From Candidatus Magasanikiibacteriota bacterium (GTDB lineage Bacteria > Patescibacteriota > Patescibacteriia > Magasanikbacterales > GWA2-37-8), in the NCBI GenBank assembly GCA_041666745.1, contig JBAYGI010000001.1, positions 6,447-70,446 on the forward strand: a DNA stretch of 64,000 nt. Direction: 5' to 3'. Both the position numbers and the translations under genes were made by a program. A model generated the notes under the pieces. It made no database searches. It was not told the DNA's origin and saw only the letters and a list, made by a program, of their open reading frames with translations. Below, piece by piece: positions 8,372 to 18,532 of the stretch (its first letter is position 1; each line of letters begins with the position of its first letter).

Positions 8372-9425
8372 TGGAAGATTCTTTGTAGTCTTCTTCGCGC
8401 AAGGCCAAAATTATCGGCTCCAACTCGCCGTCTAAAATAGTGTTGATGTTATTCCAGTTTTGGTGAATGCGATGATCGGTAATACGATCTTGAGGAAAAT
8501 TGTAAGTACGGATTTTTTCACTACGGTCGCCACTGCCAATTTGTGATTTGCGTTTTTCAGACATTTCTTTCTCGTGTTTTTCTTTTTCTATTTCATAAAG
8601 ACGTGAGCGCAAAACTTTCATCGCTTTATCTTTGTTGGCCATCTGCGAACGCTCATCTTGGCATTGTACGATCAATCCGGTGGGAACGTGGATGATACGC
8701 ACGGCTGAATAGGTGGTGTTTACACTTTGACCACCATGACCACCGGCACAAAAAGTATCGATGCGTAAATCTTTTGGTTCGATTTTAAATTCCACTTCGT
8801 CAATTTCCGGCATGACAGCGACGGTGGTAGTGGAGGTATGGATGCGTCCGGCTTTTTCAGTATCCGGTACGCGTTGAACACGATGTACACCCATTTCGTA
8901 TTTTAAATCTTTATATACATTTTTTCCTTTGATTGAAAAAATAATTTCTTTGTAACCGCCGATTTCAATTCGGTTGGCATCGATGACATCTACTTTCCAA
9001 TTTTTTCTTTCGGCATAGCGTGAATACATGCGAAATAATTCCGCCGCAAATAATGCCGATTCATCACCACCAACGCCGGCACGGATTTCCACAATGACAT
9101 CTTTTTTGTCCATTGGGTCACGGGGGCGGGTGAGTTCGGATAACTCATTTTCCAGAGCGGATATTTTGGTTTTTAATTCCTCGATTTCGGTTTGGGTAAG
9201 TTGTTTCATTTCTTCGTCAGTTTCGGTTTTCAACATTTCTTGTGATTGAATCAAACTATTTTCACATTTTTCCAATTCGAAAATCTGATCTTTGATTGTT
9301 TGTAACTCGTTGTATTCTTGTGACACTTCTTTTAATTTTTTGGAATCATTAAGAACGGCCTGATCTTGCAAATCCGCTTCCAGTTTTAAGTATTTATTTT
9401 TTATATCAATGTATTTTTGAATCAT
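8364..9425 (-). CDS. prfA: Peptide chain release factor 1
   Basis: GGQ motif, [10 protein letters not shown] (PxT) and [12 protein letters not shown]. Confidence 0.97.
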   Translation of the reverse strand: MIQKYIDIKNKYLKLEADLQDQAVLNDSKKLKEVSQEYNELQTIKDQIFELEKCENSLIQSQEMLKTETDEEMKQLTQTEIEELKTKISALENELSELTRPRDPMDKKDVIVEIRAGVGGDESALFAAELFRMYSRYAERKNWKVDVIDANRIEIGGYKEIIFSIKGKNVYKDLKYEMGVHRVQRVPDTEKAGRIHTSTTTVAVMPEIDEVEFKIEPKDLRIDTFCAGGHGGQSVNTTYSAVRIIHVPTGLIVQCQDERSQMANKDKAMKVLRSRLYEIEKEKHEKEMSEKRKSQIGSGDRSEKIRTYNFPQDRITDHRIHQNWNNINTILDGELEPIILALREEDYKESSNV

Positions 9426-9494
9426 ATCTTATCTATAGTATATTAAAAAAACAGACCAAAAGCAAAAAGCTCAAAATGGTCTGTTTTAGAATAG

Positions 9495-9785
9495 CTAAGC
9501 CTTGGCTGCTTTTTTGGCAACTTTCTTTGCGGCAGAAACAGCTTTCTTTGCTTTCTTGCCTTTGCGAACGGCGGCAGCAGCAGAAACGCGAGATGCTTTT
9601 TCTTGGAATTTCTCTACACGGCGAGCAGTGTCAACAAACTTTTGTTTGCCGGTATAAAAAGGATGACATTGGTTGCACAATTCTACGCGGATTTCTTTCA
9701 TAGTAGAACCGGTGGTAAAAGTTTTGCCACAAGCGCAGGTTACTACGCAGTCTTCGTTGTATTCTGGGTGAATTTTCTTTTTCAT
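9495..9785 (-). CDS. rpmE: 50S ribosomal protein L31
   Basis: [25 protein letters not shown]. Confidence 0.95.
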   Translation of the reverse strand: MKKKIHPEYNEDCVVTCACGKTFTTGSTMKEIRVELCNQCHPFYTGKQKFVDTARRVEKFQEKASRVSAAAAVRKGKKAKKAVSAAKKVAKKAAKA

Positions 9786-9853
9786 ATACACTATTTTGGA
9801 TGTTTTTAGTTAATGGCTAAAATTATAGCAGATTATGATAAAAAGTCAATACC

Positions 9854-9882
9854 TTGACATTTTTGGCAAGATTAGATATAAT
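9854..9882 (+). promoter_or_regulatory. Consensus sigma70 promoter of rpsB-tsf
   Basis: TTGACA-17 bp-TATAAT. Confidence 0.85.
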
Positions 9883-9993
9883 CCGAACATCTTTTTAATC
9901 ACTCATTCGCTCATTTTTTTTCCTCCCCCGACCACTCGGTGGGTGAGAGCGAAGAGGTAATAATATCCCGATTAATCGGGATGAAAAGGAAAT

Positions 9994-10845
9994 ATGACAC
10001 AAATCCCATCAATGATGGACATGCTCAAGTCAGGTATGCACTTTGGGCATCAGAAATCTCGTTGGCACCCGAAAATGAAGCCATATATTTTTGGCGTTCG
10101 TAATGGTGTGCACATTTTGGACCTAGATCGTACCGTAGAACAGTTGCAGAAAGCCTTGGAATATGTCAAAGGTTTGGCGGCAACTGGTAAAGTAGTTTTG
10201 TTTGTTGGAACCAAACGTCAAGCTCAACCTTTGGTAAAGGTGGCCGCTGAAAGTTGTGGTATGCCATTTTTGACCGAACGTTGGATCGGTGGTTTGCTTA
10301 CAAACTTTGACGAAACCAAACGTCGTATCAAGAAATATAAAGATTTAAAACAACAGATTGCCAGTGGTGAAATTGAAAAATATACCAAAAAAGAACAATT
10401 GAATATTGTAAAATCCGTAGCCAAGATGGATAGATATTTGTTTGGTTTAAATAATTTTGAAAAAATGCCAGACGCCATGTTTGTAATAGATATGCGCGTT
10501 TGTAAAACTGCCGTGAACGAAGCTTTGCGCACCAACGTTCCAATTATTGGCGTGTGTGATTCCAATGTCAATCCGGATCAAGCTGAATTTGTTATTCCAG
10601 CCAATGATGATGCTGTGAATTCAATCAAAACTATTTCCAATCTTATCGCCGAAGCTATCAATGAAGGCAAGGCTGATTGGGAAAAGAACAAAGCAGTAAT
10701 GGAAAAAGAAAATAAAAAAGTGGAAGTAAAACACGTTGCTTTTGAAGAAAAGAATTCGGCCGGAAAATCTTCCTTGGTAAAGGCCACCGCCGCTAAGACT
10801 GTTAAAAAAGAACGTCGCGCGATGACCAAAGAATCTAGTATCTAA
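9994..10845 (+). CDS. rpsB: 30S ribosomal protein S2
   Basis: Motifs GMHFGHQKSRWHPKM, RWIGGLLTNF and IPANDDA. Confidence 0.97.
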   Translation: MTQIPSMMDMLKSGMHFGHQKSRWHPKMKPYIFGVRNGVHILDLDRTVEQLQKALEYVKGLAATGKVVLFVGTKRQAQPLVKVAAESCGMPFLTERWIGGLLTNFDETKRRIKKYKDLKQQIASGEIEKYTKKEQLNIVKSVAKMDRYLFGLNNFEKMPDAMFVIDMRVCKTAVNEALRTNVPIIGVCDSNVNPDQAEFVIPANDDAVNSIKTISNLIAEAINEGKADWEKNKAVMEKENKKVEVKHVAFEEKNSAGKSSLVKATAAKTVKKERRAMTKESSI

Positions 10846-10850
10846 ATTAT

Positions 10851-10877
10851 TTGTCATTCCCCTGAAAAGGGGAATCT
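10851..10877. repeat. Family A repeat, intergenic between rpsB and tsf
   Basis: TTGTCATTCCCCTGAAAAGGGGAATCT. Confidence 0.8.
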
Positions 10878-10890
10878 AAATTATAATTAT

Positions 10891-11766
10891 ATGGCAATAA
10901 CAGCAGGGGATATCGCCAAATTACGTGCTTCCACTGGGGCGGGGATGATGGATTGTAAAAACGCACTCACTGAAGCGCAAGGTGATATGGAAAAAGCTAC
11001 TGACCTTTTACGCAAAAAAGGTATTTTAAAGGCGGCCAAACGCGCCGACAAAGTTGCTAGTGAAGGCGTGGTCGTTGCTTATTTGAGCGCCGATAGTAAG
11101 ATCGGAGCTTTGGTGGAAGTAAATTGTGAAACAGATTTTGTATCCGGTAGTGAAGGTTTTGTGCAATTTGCCAACAGTATAGTTGAAGCGGTAGCCAAAG
11201 AAAATCCGGCTGATGAAACCGCGTTGCAATCAGTAAAATTATCTTCCGGTGAAACTGTAGAAGCAGTCATCAATGAACTGGGATTGAAATTGGGAGAAAA
11301 AATTTCTATTCGTCGTTTTGTTCGTTATCAAACCGATGGTTTGGTGGCAACTTATTTGCATGGTAAAAAAATCGGTATTATATTGGAATTGATCGGTGGT
11401 AATGCCACCGTTGGTACTGATGTAGCTATGCATATTGCCGCGACCAACCCAAGATGTGTTGATCGAACTTCTATTGACCCTGCTTTGGTGGCCAAAGAAA
11501 GAGAAATATATATTGACCAATTAAAACAACAAGGCAAACCGGAAAACATGATTGAAAATATCCTTAAAGGTAAATTGGATAAATATTATGCCGAGGTTTG
11601 TTTGGTAGAACAACCATTTATCAAAAACGAAGAAATAAAAGTAGAAAAATTGTTGGCTGATAATGGTGCCAAATTGGTGCGTTTCACTCGTTTTGAACTA
11701 GGTGAAGGCATCGAAAAGGTAGTCAAGAATTTTGCTGATGAAGTAGCCGAGCAAATGGGCGCATAA
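10891..11766 (+). CDS. tsf: Elongation factor Ts
   Basis: Motifs LRASTGAGMMDCK and EVNCETDFV. Confidence 0.97.
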   Translation: MAITAGDIAKLRASTGAGMMDCKNALTEAQGDMEKATDLLRKKGILKAAKRADKVASEGVVVAYLSADSKIGALVEVNCETDFVSGSEGFVQFANSIVEAVAKENPADETALQSVKLSSGETVEAVINELGLKLGEKISIRRFVRYQTDGLVATYLHGKKIGIILELIGGNATVGTDVAMHIAATNPRCVDRTSIDPALVAKEREIYIDQLKQQGKPENMIENILKGKLDKYYAEVCLVEQPFIKNEEIKVEKLLADNGAKLVRFTRFELGEGIEKVVKNFADEVAEQMGA

Positions 11767-11784
11767 AAATGAAATATATAGATC

Positions 11785-11819
11785 AAAAAATACCGACAAT
11801 TATTGTCGGTATTTTTTTT
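11785..11819 (+). terminator. Intrinsic terminator
   Basis: AAAAAATACCGACAA/TTGTCGGTATTTTTT. Confidence 0.8.
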
Positions 11820-11877
11820 AGTTATTGCGTTATTCATATATTTAATGTAGAATTAAGCGGTTAAATAATCATTTTTT

Positions 11878-13050
11878 ATGAACAAACTTACTGTTTTAAA
11901 CAAGCGAATCGGTCCTGTGCGTGGGCGACATCCGTGGGTATTTTCCGGAGCGTTGGTAAAAATTCCTGATGGGATCAAAAGTGGTACGGCTATCAAGCTT
12001 TATGATGAAGCGGATAATTTTTTGGCACAGGGGTATTTCAATTCCTATTCGCAAATTGCGGTGCGGTTGTGGGGATGGGAGGAAAACGAAGAAGTCGATG
12101 AAGAATTTTTTGTAAAAAGAATTGAAGATGCTTTGTTGGTGCGTGAAAATTTTGTGGAAAATAAAACCACGAATTCTTTTCGCGTGGTTGGTAGTGAAAA
12201 TGATTTACTTCCCGGTTTGGTGGTAGATAAATACAGTGATTATTTGGTAGTCCAGTTTCACAATCAAGGTATTGCCGCTTGGAAAAAAGAAATTGTGTCG
12301 GCATTAAATAAAGTTTTGAAACCAAAAGGAATTTACGAGCGCAGTGATGTTGGTAATCGCGAAAAAGAAGGTGGAGTGAGTGTCGGTATTTTATCTGGCA
12401 AAGTCCCAGAACAAGTAGAAATATTAGAAAACGGCTATAAATTTTTGGTAGATATCGCCAAAGGACAAAAAACTGGTTTCTTTTTGGATCAACGAGACAA
12501 ACGCAACGCTCTGCAAAAATATTGCAAAGGTAAAAAAGTTTTAAATTGTTTTTCTTACACCGGCGGGTTTAGTGTGTACGCGCTCGGAGCTGGAGCGAAA
12601 AAAGTGGTGAGTGTGGATTCTTCGCAGGGTGCATTGGATATGGCAGAAAAAAATGTGAAGTTAAACAAAATGGACGCGAAGAAATGTGAATTTGTTTGTG
12701 AAGATGTAAAACAGTATTTACAATCCGAATCATTGGATTTTGATGTCATTATTTTAGATCCGCCGGCATTTGTGAAAGATCGCCATAGAGTTCACGAAGG
12801 TTTGCAGGGTTACCGCAAGATAAATGAATCGGCGATGCGACTTTTGCCAAAAAATGGCATTTTGGTGTCGGCTTCTTGTTCGCAACATGTGTCCATGGTG
12901 GATTTCCGTCACATGCTTTCCGAGGCCGCTGGCCGAGCTGGGCGTACAGTGCAGATACTTGAGATCTATACCCATGGCATTGACCACCCGGAATTGGTGG
13001 CGTTTACCGAAGGTGAATATCTCAAGTGTGTGTTTGCAATCGTTCGGTAA
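11878..13050 (+). CDS. rlmI: RlmI-like SAM-dependent rRNA methyltransferase
   Basis: Motifs RHPWVFSG (PUA), GQKTGFFLDQR, FSYTGGF and LDPPAF. Confidence 0.85.
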   Translation: MNKLTVLNKRIGPVRGRHPWVFSGALVKIPDGIKSGTAIKLYDEADNFLAQGYFNSYSQIAVRLWGWEENEEVDEEFFVKRIEDALLVRENFVENKTTNSFRVVGSENDLLPGLVVDKYSDYLVVQFHNQGIAAWKKEIVSALNKVLKPKGIYERSDVGNREKEGGVSVGILSGKVPEQVEILENGYKFLVDIAKGQKTGFFLDQRDKRNALQKYCKGKKVLNCFSYTGGFSVYALGAGAKKVVSVDSSQGALDMAEKNVKLNKMDAKKCEFVCEDVKQYLQSESLDFDVIILDPPAFVKDRHRVHEGLQGYRKINESAMRLLPKNGILVSASCSQHVSMVDFRHMLSEAAGRAGRTVQILEIYTHGIDHPELVAFTEGEYLKCVFAIVR

Positions 13051-13076
13051 AAAGTATATAATGAATGTATAGATTT

Positions 13077-13385
13077 ATGAATAAAAAAATACTAGGCCGT
13101 TCATTATTGCACGCCTTTTTGGCAGTTGTGTATGTTTTTTTGATAGGCATGCTGATGAGGAATGGTGAAAAAATATTTGGCAATGATTCAAAGCTTTTGG
13201 GCACGATGTCTTTTTTGCTTTTGTTTGTTATCTCCGCCACGGTGATGGGGTTTTTGGTTTTGGGCAAGCCGATTTTAATGTATTTGGAAAATAAAAAGAA
13301 AGAAGCGTTGTGGATGTTTTTTGGTACGCTGGGGTGGTTGGTGGTATTTTTGATATTAGTGGTGGTGGGAAATATTATTTTTTAA
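13077..13385 (+). CDS. Small membrane protein (about 3 TM helices)
   Basis: Hydrophobic ORF. Confidence 0.75.
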   Translation: MNKKILGRSLLHAFLAVVYVFLIGMLMRNGEKIFGNDSKLLGTMSFLLLFVISATVMGFLVLGKPILMYLENKKKEALWMFFGTLGWLVVFLILVVVGNIIF

Positions 13386-13389
13386 TTTT

Positions 13390-13759
13390 ATGAAAGAGAG
13401 AGATATTACATGCACAACCAGAATTTGCTGTTGCCGACAAAGAAAAGGTAGACGAAGCGTATAGAAATTTAAAGAGATTGTTTGATGGTGTTAAATTGGA
13501 AATAACAATGAGAGATGCTGCGTGTTTGCGAGAAAAAATTAAGGATGTTATTTTGGCTAATAAAGCAACAAAAGAACAACAAGGTGAAGAGTACCAAGAA
13601 GTTTTGGGGGAATCTGTAGCTCGTTGGTTATGGGAAATTTATGGGTTAGACAGAGATCATCTATCAATGTTTGATGTAATGATTCCTCATCGCGAACGTG
13701 ATTGGAAGGCGTTGAATGATTATTTAAAAATGTTACGTAGTGAACAAGAGAAAATTTAA
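13390..13759 (+). pseudogene. Hypothetical protein split by a frameshift at (GA)4 13396-13403 (possibly switchable)
   Basis: The ATG 13390 frame stops early. The long frame is open from the GA tract to 13759, and adding one GA gives MKEREILHAQPEF... Confidence 0.65.
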
Positions 13760-13795
13760 AAATTATTTTTTAAAATAATTTAAAATTATACGAAT

Positions 13796-14791
13796 ATGAA
13801 CATAGCTATCAACGGCTTCGGCCGTATCGGCCGTCACGCGTTTAAAGCCGCGTTTGAAAAAAAGAATATTAATATTGTCGGTATCAATGATTTGACCGAT
13901 ACCAAGACCCTAGCGCATCTTTTGAAATATGACACCGCTTATCGCGCGTATCATTTGGATGTTGGTTTTGATGAGAAAAATTTAATTGTTAAAGGCAAAA
14001 AAATTCCGGTGTTCGCGGAAAAAGACCCAAGCGCTTTGCCGTGGGGGAAATTAAAAGTGGATGTGGTGTTGGAATGTACCGGCCGTTTCACAGATAAAGC
14101 CGGCGCCGAATTACATGTAAAAGCAGGTGCGAAAAAAGTAATTATTTCCGCTCCAGCCAAAGGCACGGATATTCCAACTTATGTGCGCGCGGTGAATTGT
14201 GGAAAAGTTGGTAAAGAAAAATCTTTGGTGATAAACAATGCTTCTTGTACTACCAATTGTATCGCGCCAGTGATGGCCGTGCTCGAAGAAAAATTTGGTA
14301 TTGCCAAAGCGATGTTAAATACCATCCATGCCTATACCGCCGACCAAAATATTCAAGATGGACCGCACAAAGATTTGCGTCGTGGTAGAGCGGCTGCGGA
14401 AAATATTACTCCGACTTCCACTGGCGCTGCCAAAGCGGTGGGCGAGGTGATGCCAAGTGTGATTGGTAAATTTGATGGCCTCGCGATTCGTGTACCGGTG
14501 GTTACAGTTTCGCTTTCAGATATTACCGTGGTTCTAAAAAAGAAAGTGACCAAAGAAGAAGTAAATAAAGCGTTTGTGTCTGCCAGCCAGACTGCGCGTT
14601 TTGCCGGAGTTTTGGCAGTAACCGATGAGCCATTGGTTTCTACAGATTTTATCGGCAACACCAATTCCGCCACAGTAGATTTATCCTTGACCAATGTGGT
14701 GGATGGAGATTTGGTAAAAGTTATCGCTTGGTATGATAATGAATACGGCTATGCCCATCGTTTGGTGGAGATGGCGGAGTTGTTTGCTTAA
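13796..14791 (+). CDS. gap: Glyceraldehyde-3-phosphate dehydrogenase, type I
   Basis: Motifs INGFGRIGR, NASCTTNC and WYDNE. Confidence 0.97.
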   Translation: MNIAINGFGRIGRHAFKAAFEKKNINIVGINDLTDTKTLAHLLKYDTAYRAYHLDVGFDEKNLIVKGKKIPVFAEKDPSALPWGKLKVDVVLECTGRFTDKAGAELHVKAGAKKVIISAPAKGTDIPTYVRAVNCGKVGKEKSLVINNASCTTNCIAPVMAVLEEKFGIAKAMLNTIHAYTADQNIQDGPHKDLRRGRAAAENITPTSTGAAKAVGEVMPSVIGKFDGLAIRVPVVTVSLSDITVVLKKKVTKEEVNKAFVSASQTARFAGVLAVTDEPLVSTDFIGNTNSATVDLSLTNVVDGDLVKVIAWYDNEYGYAHRLVEMAELFA

Positions 14792-14794
14792 AAT

Positions 14795-15200
14795 ATGTCA
14801 GATAAACCAAAATTTAATCCAGAAGCGGAAAAACAAGAGAGAGAATAACGGGAAAAAAGAAGTAAAACCAGAGTGGAAGGCGGATTATGATTTTGCTCTA
14901 AAGAGAATAAGAAGTTTGACGGGTTTGACTTTGACTAATTTAGAAAAACGCGAATTACAAGAAAAAGTGAAGGTCGCTATGGAAGTACAAAAAAATACAC
15001 AAAATAAGCGGAACCAATTTTCAATTGGAAACGAAGCGGCCGTATGGTTTATAAAGGAAAATTATGGAGTTGACTGTACAGATCAGGAGACAATTAGTAT
15101 GTTATCGGATATTGATTATGAATATGGGGAAAAGGGTGGCAAAGAAATATTAAAAGATGTATGGTTCAAAAGAAAACAAGAAGAAAAACATAAACCGTAA
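14795..15200 (+). pseudogene. Hypothetical protein split by a frameshift at (GA)4 14837-14844 (possibly switchable)
   Basis: ATG 14795 gives MSDKPKFNPEAEKQERE-stop. Adding one GA joins it to the long frame ending at 15200. Confidence 0.65.
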
Positions 15201-15203
15201 AAT

Positions 15204-15557
15204 ATGTCAGAAATTAAAATTTTTACAGATAAAATACCTTTTTCTGAAATTAAGCGTTTGGCGGATTTGCGTTTTGGAGATATGGTAAAAGGTGTTGTTG
15301 ATATTGAAAATGGCAAAATTGCGCTTGGAGGAGAATTACATGCTGATGAAGAAGCCGAATTATTAAACGAAGGTTCTGAACAGGAAAATTTGTGGGGAAT
15401 AAATATTTATCCTGATATAAAATTTCCGGATAATATAGAATTTGATTCCATGATTAATATCCGCCCCAGACAAAATAATCGTTCACGCGCAATAGAAAGT
15501 GAAGAAGTTAAAAATAAAATTTTGGAAATTTTGAAAGACAGAATTGTATATGAATAA
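15204..15557 (+). CDS. DUF5674-like protein
   Basis: Motifs MVKGVVDIE, GGELHADEE, QENLWGINIYP and EFDSMINIRP. Confidence 0.8.
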   Translation: MSEIKIFTDKIPFSEIKRLADLRFGDMVKGVVDIENGKIALGGELHADEEAELLNEGSEQENLWGINIYPDIKFPDNIEFDSMINIRPRQNNRSRAIESEEVKNKILEILKDRIVYE

Positions 15558-15885
15558 TGCAATACATACGGATTTGGCCGCTGGTAAATGGTTTGCGATG
15601 AGTTTTGCAGAACAAATGGGAAATGTGGGTAGTGAAGTGGGACGAGCTGGTAACTGGCAGAAAAAAGGCCAGACAGAAATGAGTGGGAAAGCATTGGATA
15701 GAGCGTTTGACTTATTGGATTTGACCATTGCGGATAATCGTTGGAATACAGCACGCAAAGAATTGTGTCGCGCGCGTGAGGTTCTGGCGGATACTTTTTT
15801 GGGAGATAAAATATATGGCGATACTCCGGAAAAATTAGAAAAATATTTTTTTCAATTTGCCTTAGTGGCGAGAAATAATAAATAA
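15550..15885 (+). CDS. Conserved helical hypothetical protein coupled to the DUF5674-like gene
   Basis: Motifs EQMGNVGSEVGRA and KELCRARE; 8 bp overlap with the upstream gene. Confidence 0.75.
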   Translation: MNNAIHTDLAAGKWFAMSFAEQMGNVGSEVGRAGNWQKKGQTEMSGKALDRAFDLLDLTIADNRWNTARKELCRAREVLADTFLGDKIYGDTPEKLEKYFFQFALVARNNK

Positions 15886-15888
15886 AAT

Positions 15889-17238
15889 ATGCGTACACTA
15901 AACATAGAAACAGCGGAAAAGGTGGGACAAGAGGTGACTTTAAAAGGGTGGGTGAATGCTCGGCGTAATATGGGCAAGATTGTGTTTTTGGACATGCGCG
16001 ATCGCAGTGGAATTTTGCAAGTGGTGGGTGTGCCAAGCGAGTTGGATGAAAAATCTTTGGAATTTTTAAAAGAAGTGCGACCGGAATGGGTGGTGGAAAT
16101 TCGCGGTGTGGTAAACGCGCGCGGAGCAAAACAACAAAATCCAAATATGCCAACCGGTATGGTAGAAGTGTTGGCAAAAGAAATAACTGTGTTGGCCAAG
16201 GCCGAACCGTTGCCACTGGATTTGGAAGATGAAAAAATCGGGTTGGATGTGCATTTGGATTATTTGCCTTTAACTTTGCGTTCCGAAAAATATCGCGCTC
16301 TATTTAAAATCCAAGCGGAAATGGTCAAATCTTTTCGTAGTTATTTGGACGGTCAAGGATTTACCGAGATCCAAGCTCCAAAAATCGTGGCCGCTTCGGC
16401 CGAAGGTGGGGCCGATGTGTTTGATGTAAAATATTTAAAAAACAAAGCGACACTGGCTCAAAGTCCACAGTTTTACAAACAGATTATGGTCGGTATTTTT
16501 GAAAGAGTTTACGCTGTTGGTAATTGTTTTCGCGCTGAACAGCACGCCACTACCCGCCATCTGAATGAGTTTACCGGTTTGGATTTGGAAATGGGCATGA
16601 TCAAAGATCACCATGATGTAATGGATTTGGAAATGGAAATGTTGAGATATATTTTGGATCATTTGGACAAAACAGTTTCAGCGGAATTAAAATTATGGAA
16701 TTATGTCCGTCCGGAAATTCCAGCCAAAGTTCCTTTTTTCAAATTGCGTGAGGTGCAACAATTGATCAAAGAAAAAACCGGTGTTGACCACACCACCGAA
16801 CCGGACTTGGAACCAAGCGAAGAAAAATGGATTGGTGAATATGCCAAAAAAGAATTGAATTCAGATTTTGTTTTTGTTACCCATTACCCGACTTCCAAGC
16901 GTCCGATGTATACATATCCCGACGAAGAGAATCCGGAATTTACCAAAAGTTTTGATCTGCTATTTAGAGGAATTGAAATTACTTCCGGCGGTCAGCGTTT
17001 TAATGATTATGATGCGTTGGTAAAAAGTATGGAAAACAAAGGATTGAATCCGGATGATTTTAAATTTTATTTGGAAGCATTTAAATACGGCATGCCTCCG
17101 GAGGGTGGGCTCGGACTTGGTTTGGAACGCTTGCTCGCCAGATTGCTGGAGATAGAAAATGTTAGATACACAACACTATTTCCACGTGATTTGAACCGTA
17201 TTGATTTACAAATTTCTCCACCGGAGTACAAACAATAA
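15889..17238 (+). CDS. aspS: Aspartate--tRNA(Asp/Asn) ligase, short archaeal/non-discriminating type
   Basis: OB fold, LAQSPQFYKQ, FRAE..RHLNEF and GMPPEGG; no GAD insertion. Confidence 0.9.
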   Translation: MRTLNIETAEKVGQEVTLKGWVNARRNMGKIVFLDMRDRSGILQVVGVPSELDEKSLEFLKEVRPEWVVEIRGVVNARGAKQQNPNMPTGMVEVLAKEITVLAKAEPLPLDLEDEKIGLDVHLDYLPLTLRSEKYRALFKIQAEMVKSFRSYLDGQGFTEIQAPKIVAASAEGGADVFDVKYLKNKATLAQSPQFYKQIMVGIFERVYAVGNCFRAEQHATTRHLNEFTGLDLEMGMIKDHHDVMDLEMEMLRYILDHLDKTVSAELKLWNYVRPEIPAKVPFFKLREVQQLIKEKTGVDHTTEPDLEPSEEKWIGEYAKKELNSDFVFVTHYPTSKRPMYTYPDEENPEFTKSFDLLFRGIEITSGGQRFNDYDALVKSMENKGLNPDDFKFYLEAFKYGMPPEGGLGLGLERLLARLLEIENVRYTTLFPRDLNRIDLQISPPEYKQ

Positions 17239-17241
17239 AAA

Positions 17242-17964
17242 ATGACACCAGATATTAAATTGGAAAAGTTTCAGGGTCCGCTTGATTTACTTCTGCAATT
17301 AATCGAGTTGGAAAAACTGAATATTACCGAAGTTTCGTTATCGCAAATTACTGAACAATTTTTGAAGTTTTTGGACAAAATGTCCGCCAAAGGCGGATCC
17401 GCTTATGGCGGAGAGGACAATAATGCGGAGGAGTTGGCGGATTTTTTGGTGATTGCGACTAAACTGGTATATTTGAAATCTCGCACTTTGTTGCCATATT
17501 TATATCCGGAAGAAGATGAGGGGCCAAGTTTGGCTGACCAGCTCAAGATGTATCAACAATATATTTTGGCCAGTAAAAAAATTAATATTTTGTGGAGTCA
17601 AAATCGGATTGCCTATGGTCGGGTAGAACCACCGGTTAAAAATACTGAATTCGTTTTGCCACTCAATGCTCACAGCGAAGATTTGTTGAAATCAATGCAA
17701 AAGTTGGTATCGCGACTTCGATCTATAAACCCCTTGCCAAAAATTACGATTGATCGAGCGGTTTCGATAAAACAAAAAGTAGAATCAATTTGGAATGCTT
17801 TGAAACAGCATAAAAAAATAAATTTTAGAGATTTATTGGCTAGCGCGGAAAATAAAACTGAAATCATTGTTAGTTTTTTGGCTCTGCTTGAATTGATGCG
17901 TGATCAAAAAGCGTTTATCAACCAAGACAGCGCGTTTGGTAATATGGAGGTAAATTTAATTTAG
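17242..17964 (+). CDS. scpA: Segregation and condensation protein A
   Basis: Motifs FQGPLDLLLQLI and IVSFLALLEL. Confidence 0.92.
   Translation: MTPDIKLEKFQGPLDLLLQLIELEKLNITEVSLSQITEQFLKFLDKMSAKGGSAYGGEDNNAEELADFLVIATKLVYLKSRTLLPYLYPEEDEGPSLADQLKMYQQYILASKKINILWSQNRIAYGRVEPPVKNTEFVLPLNAHSEDLLKSMQKLVSRLRSINPLPKITIDRAVSIKQKVESIWNALKQHKKINFRDLLASAENKTEIIVSFLALLELMRDQKAFINQDSAFGNMEVNLI
17383..17412. repeat. Family B palindromic repeat, in-frame in scpA
   Basis: TCCGCCAAAGGCGGATCCGCTTATGGCGGA encodes SAKGGSAYGG. Confidence 0.85.
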
Positions 17965-17969
17965 TATAT

Positions 17970-18521
17970 ATGAATATAAATTCACAATTAGAAACAATTT
18001 TATTCGTGGCAAGCAAACCGTTGTCCTTAAAAAAAATTGTAAAAGTTTTACAAGCCGAAGAACCAATTGTGAAAGAAGCTTTAGCCAGTCTTTGTTTGAA
18101 ATATAATAATCAAGAATCAGGAATCACGATTATTCAAAATAATGATGAATGGCAAATGGCGGCCAATCCCGACAATCATGAATCCGCTGAAAATTTTTTG
18201 AAAGCGGAAGTGAGCGGTGAATTAACCAGACCGCAATTGGAGACTCTCACGGTAGTATCATATTGTGGACCGATTACCAAGCCGGAGTTGGAACAGATTC
18301 GCGGGGTCAATTGTGCTTTGATTTTGCGCAATTTGATGATGCGTGGGTTGGTAAAAGAAGCCGATGACCCATCCGGTTTGTTGCCAAAATATGAAGTGAC
18401 CATGGAATATCTGCGTCATTTGGGAGTGAATAATTTGAACGAATTGCCTGATTATGATAATCTTCATAATCACGAACACATCAGTAGTACTTTGGCGCAA
18501 GCCAGTGAGATTGCATCCTAA
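17970..18521 (+). CDS. scpB: Segregation and condensation protein B
   Basis: Motifs LETILF, LETL..PITKPELEQIRGVN and LNELP. Confidence 0.92.
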   Translation: MNINSQLETILFVASKPLSLKKIVKVLQAEEPIVKEALASLCLKYNNQESGITIIQNNDEWQMAANPDNHESAENFLKAEVSGELTRPQLETLTVVSYCGPITKPELEQIRGVNCALILRNLMMRGLVKEADDPSGLLPKYEVTMEYLRHLGVNNLNELPDYDNLHNHEHISSTLAQASEIAS

Positions 18522-18532
18522 AGATTTTATTT

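Noticed and set aside
14733-14794. ORF-track start at 14733
   Set aside because: It overlaps the gap 3' end. ATG 14795 with a frameshift at the GA tract fits better.
15407-16216. 269-aa minus-strand ORF
   Set aside because: It is an antisense shadow of aspS and the two upstream genes, with no protein-like motif.
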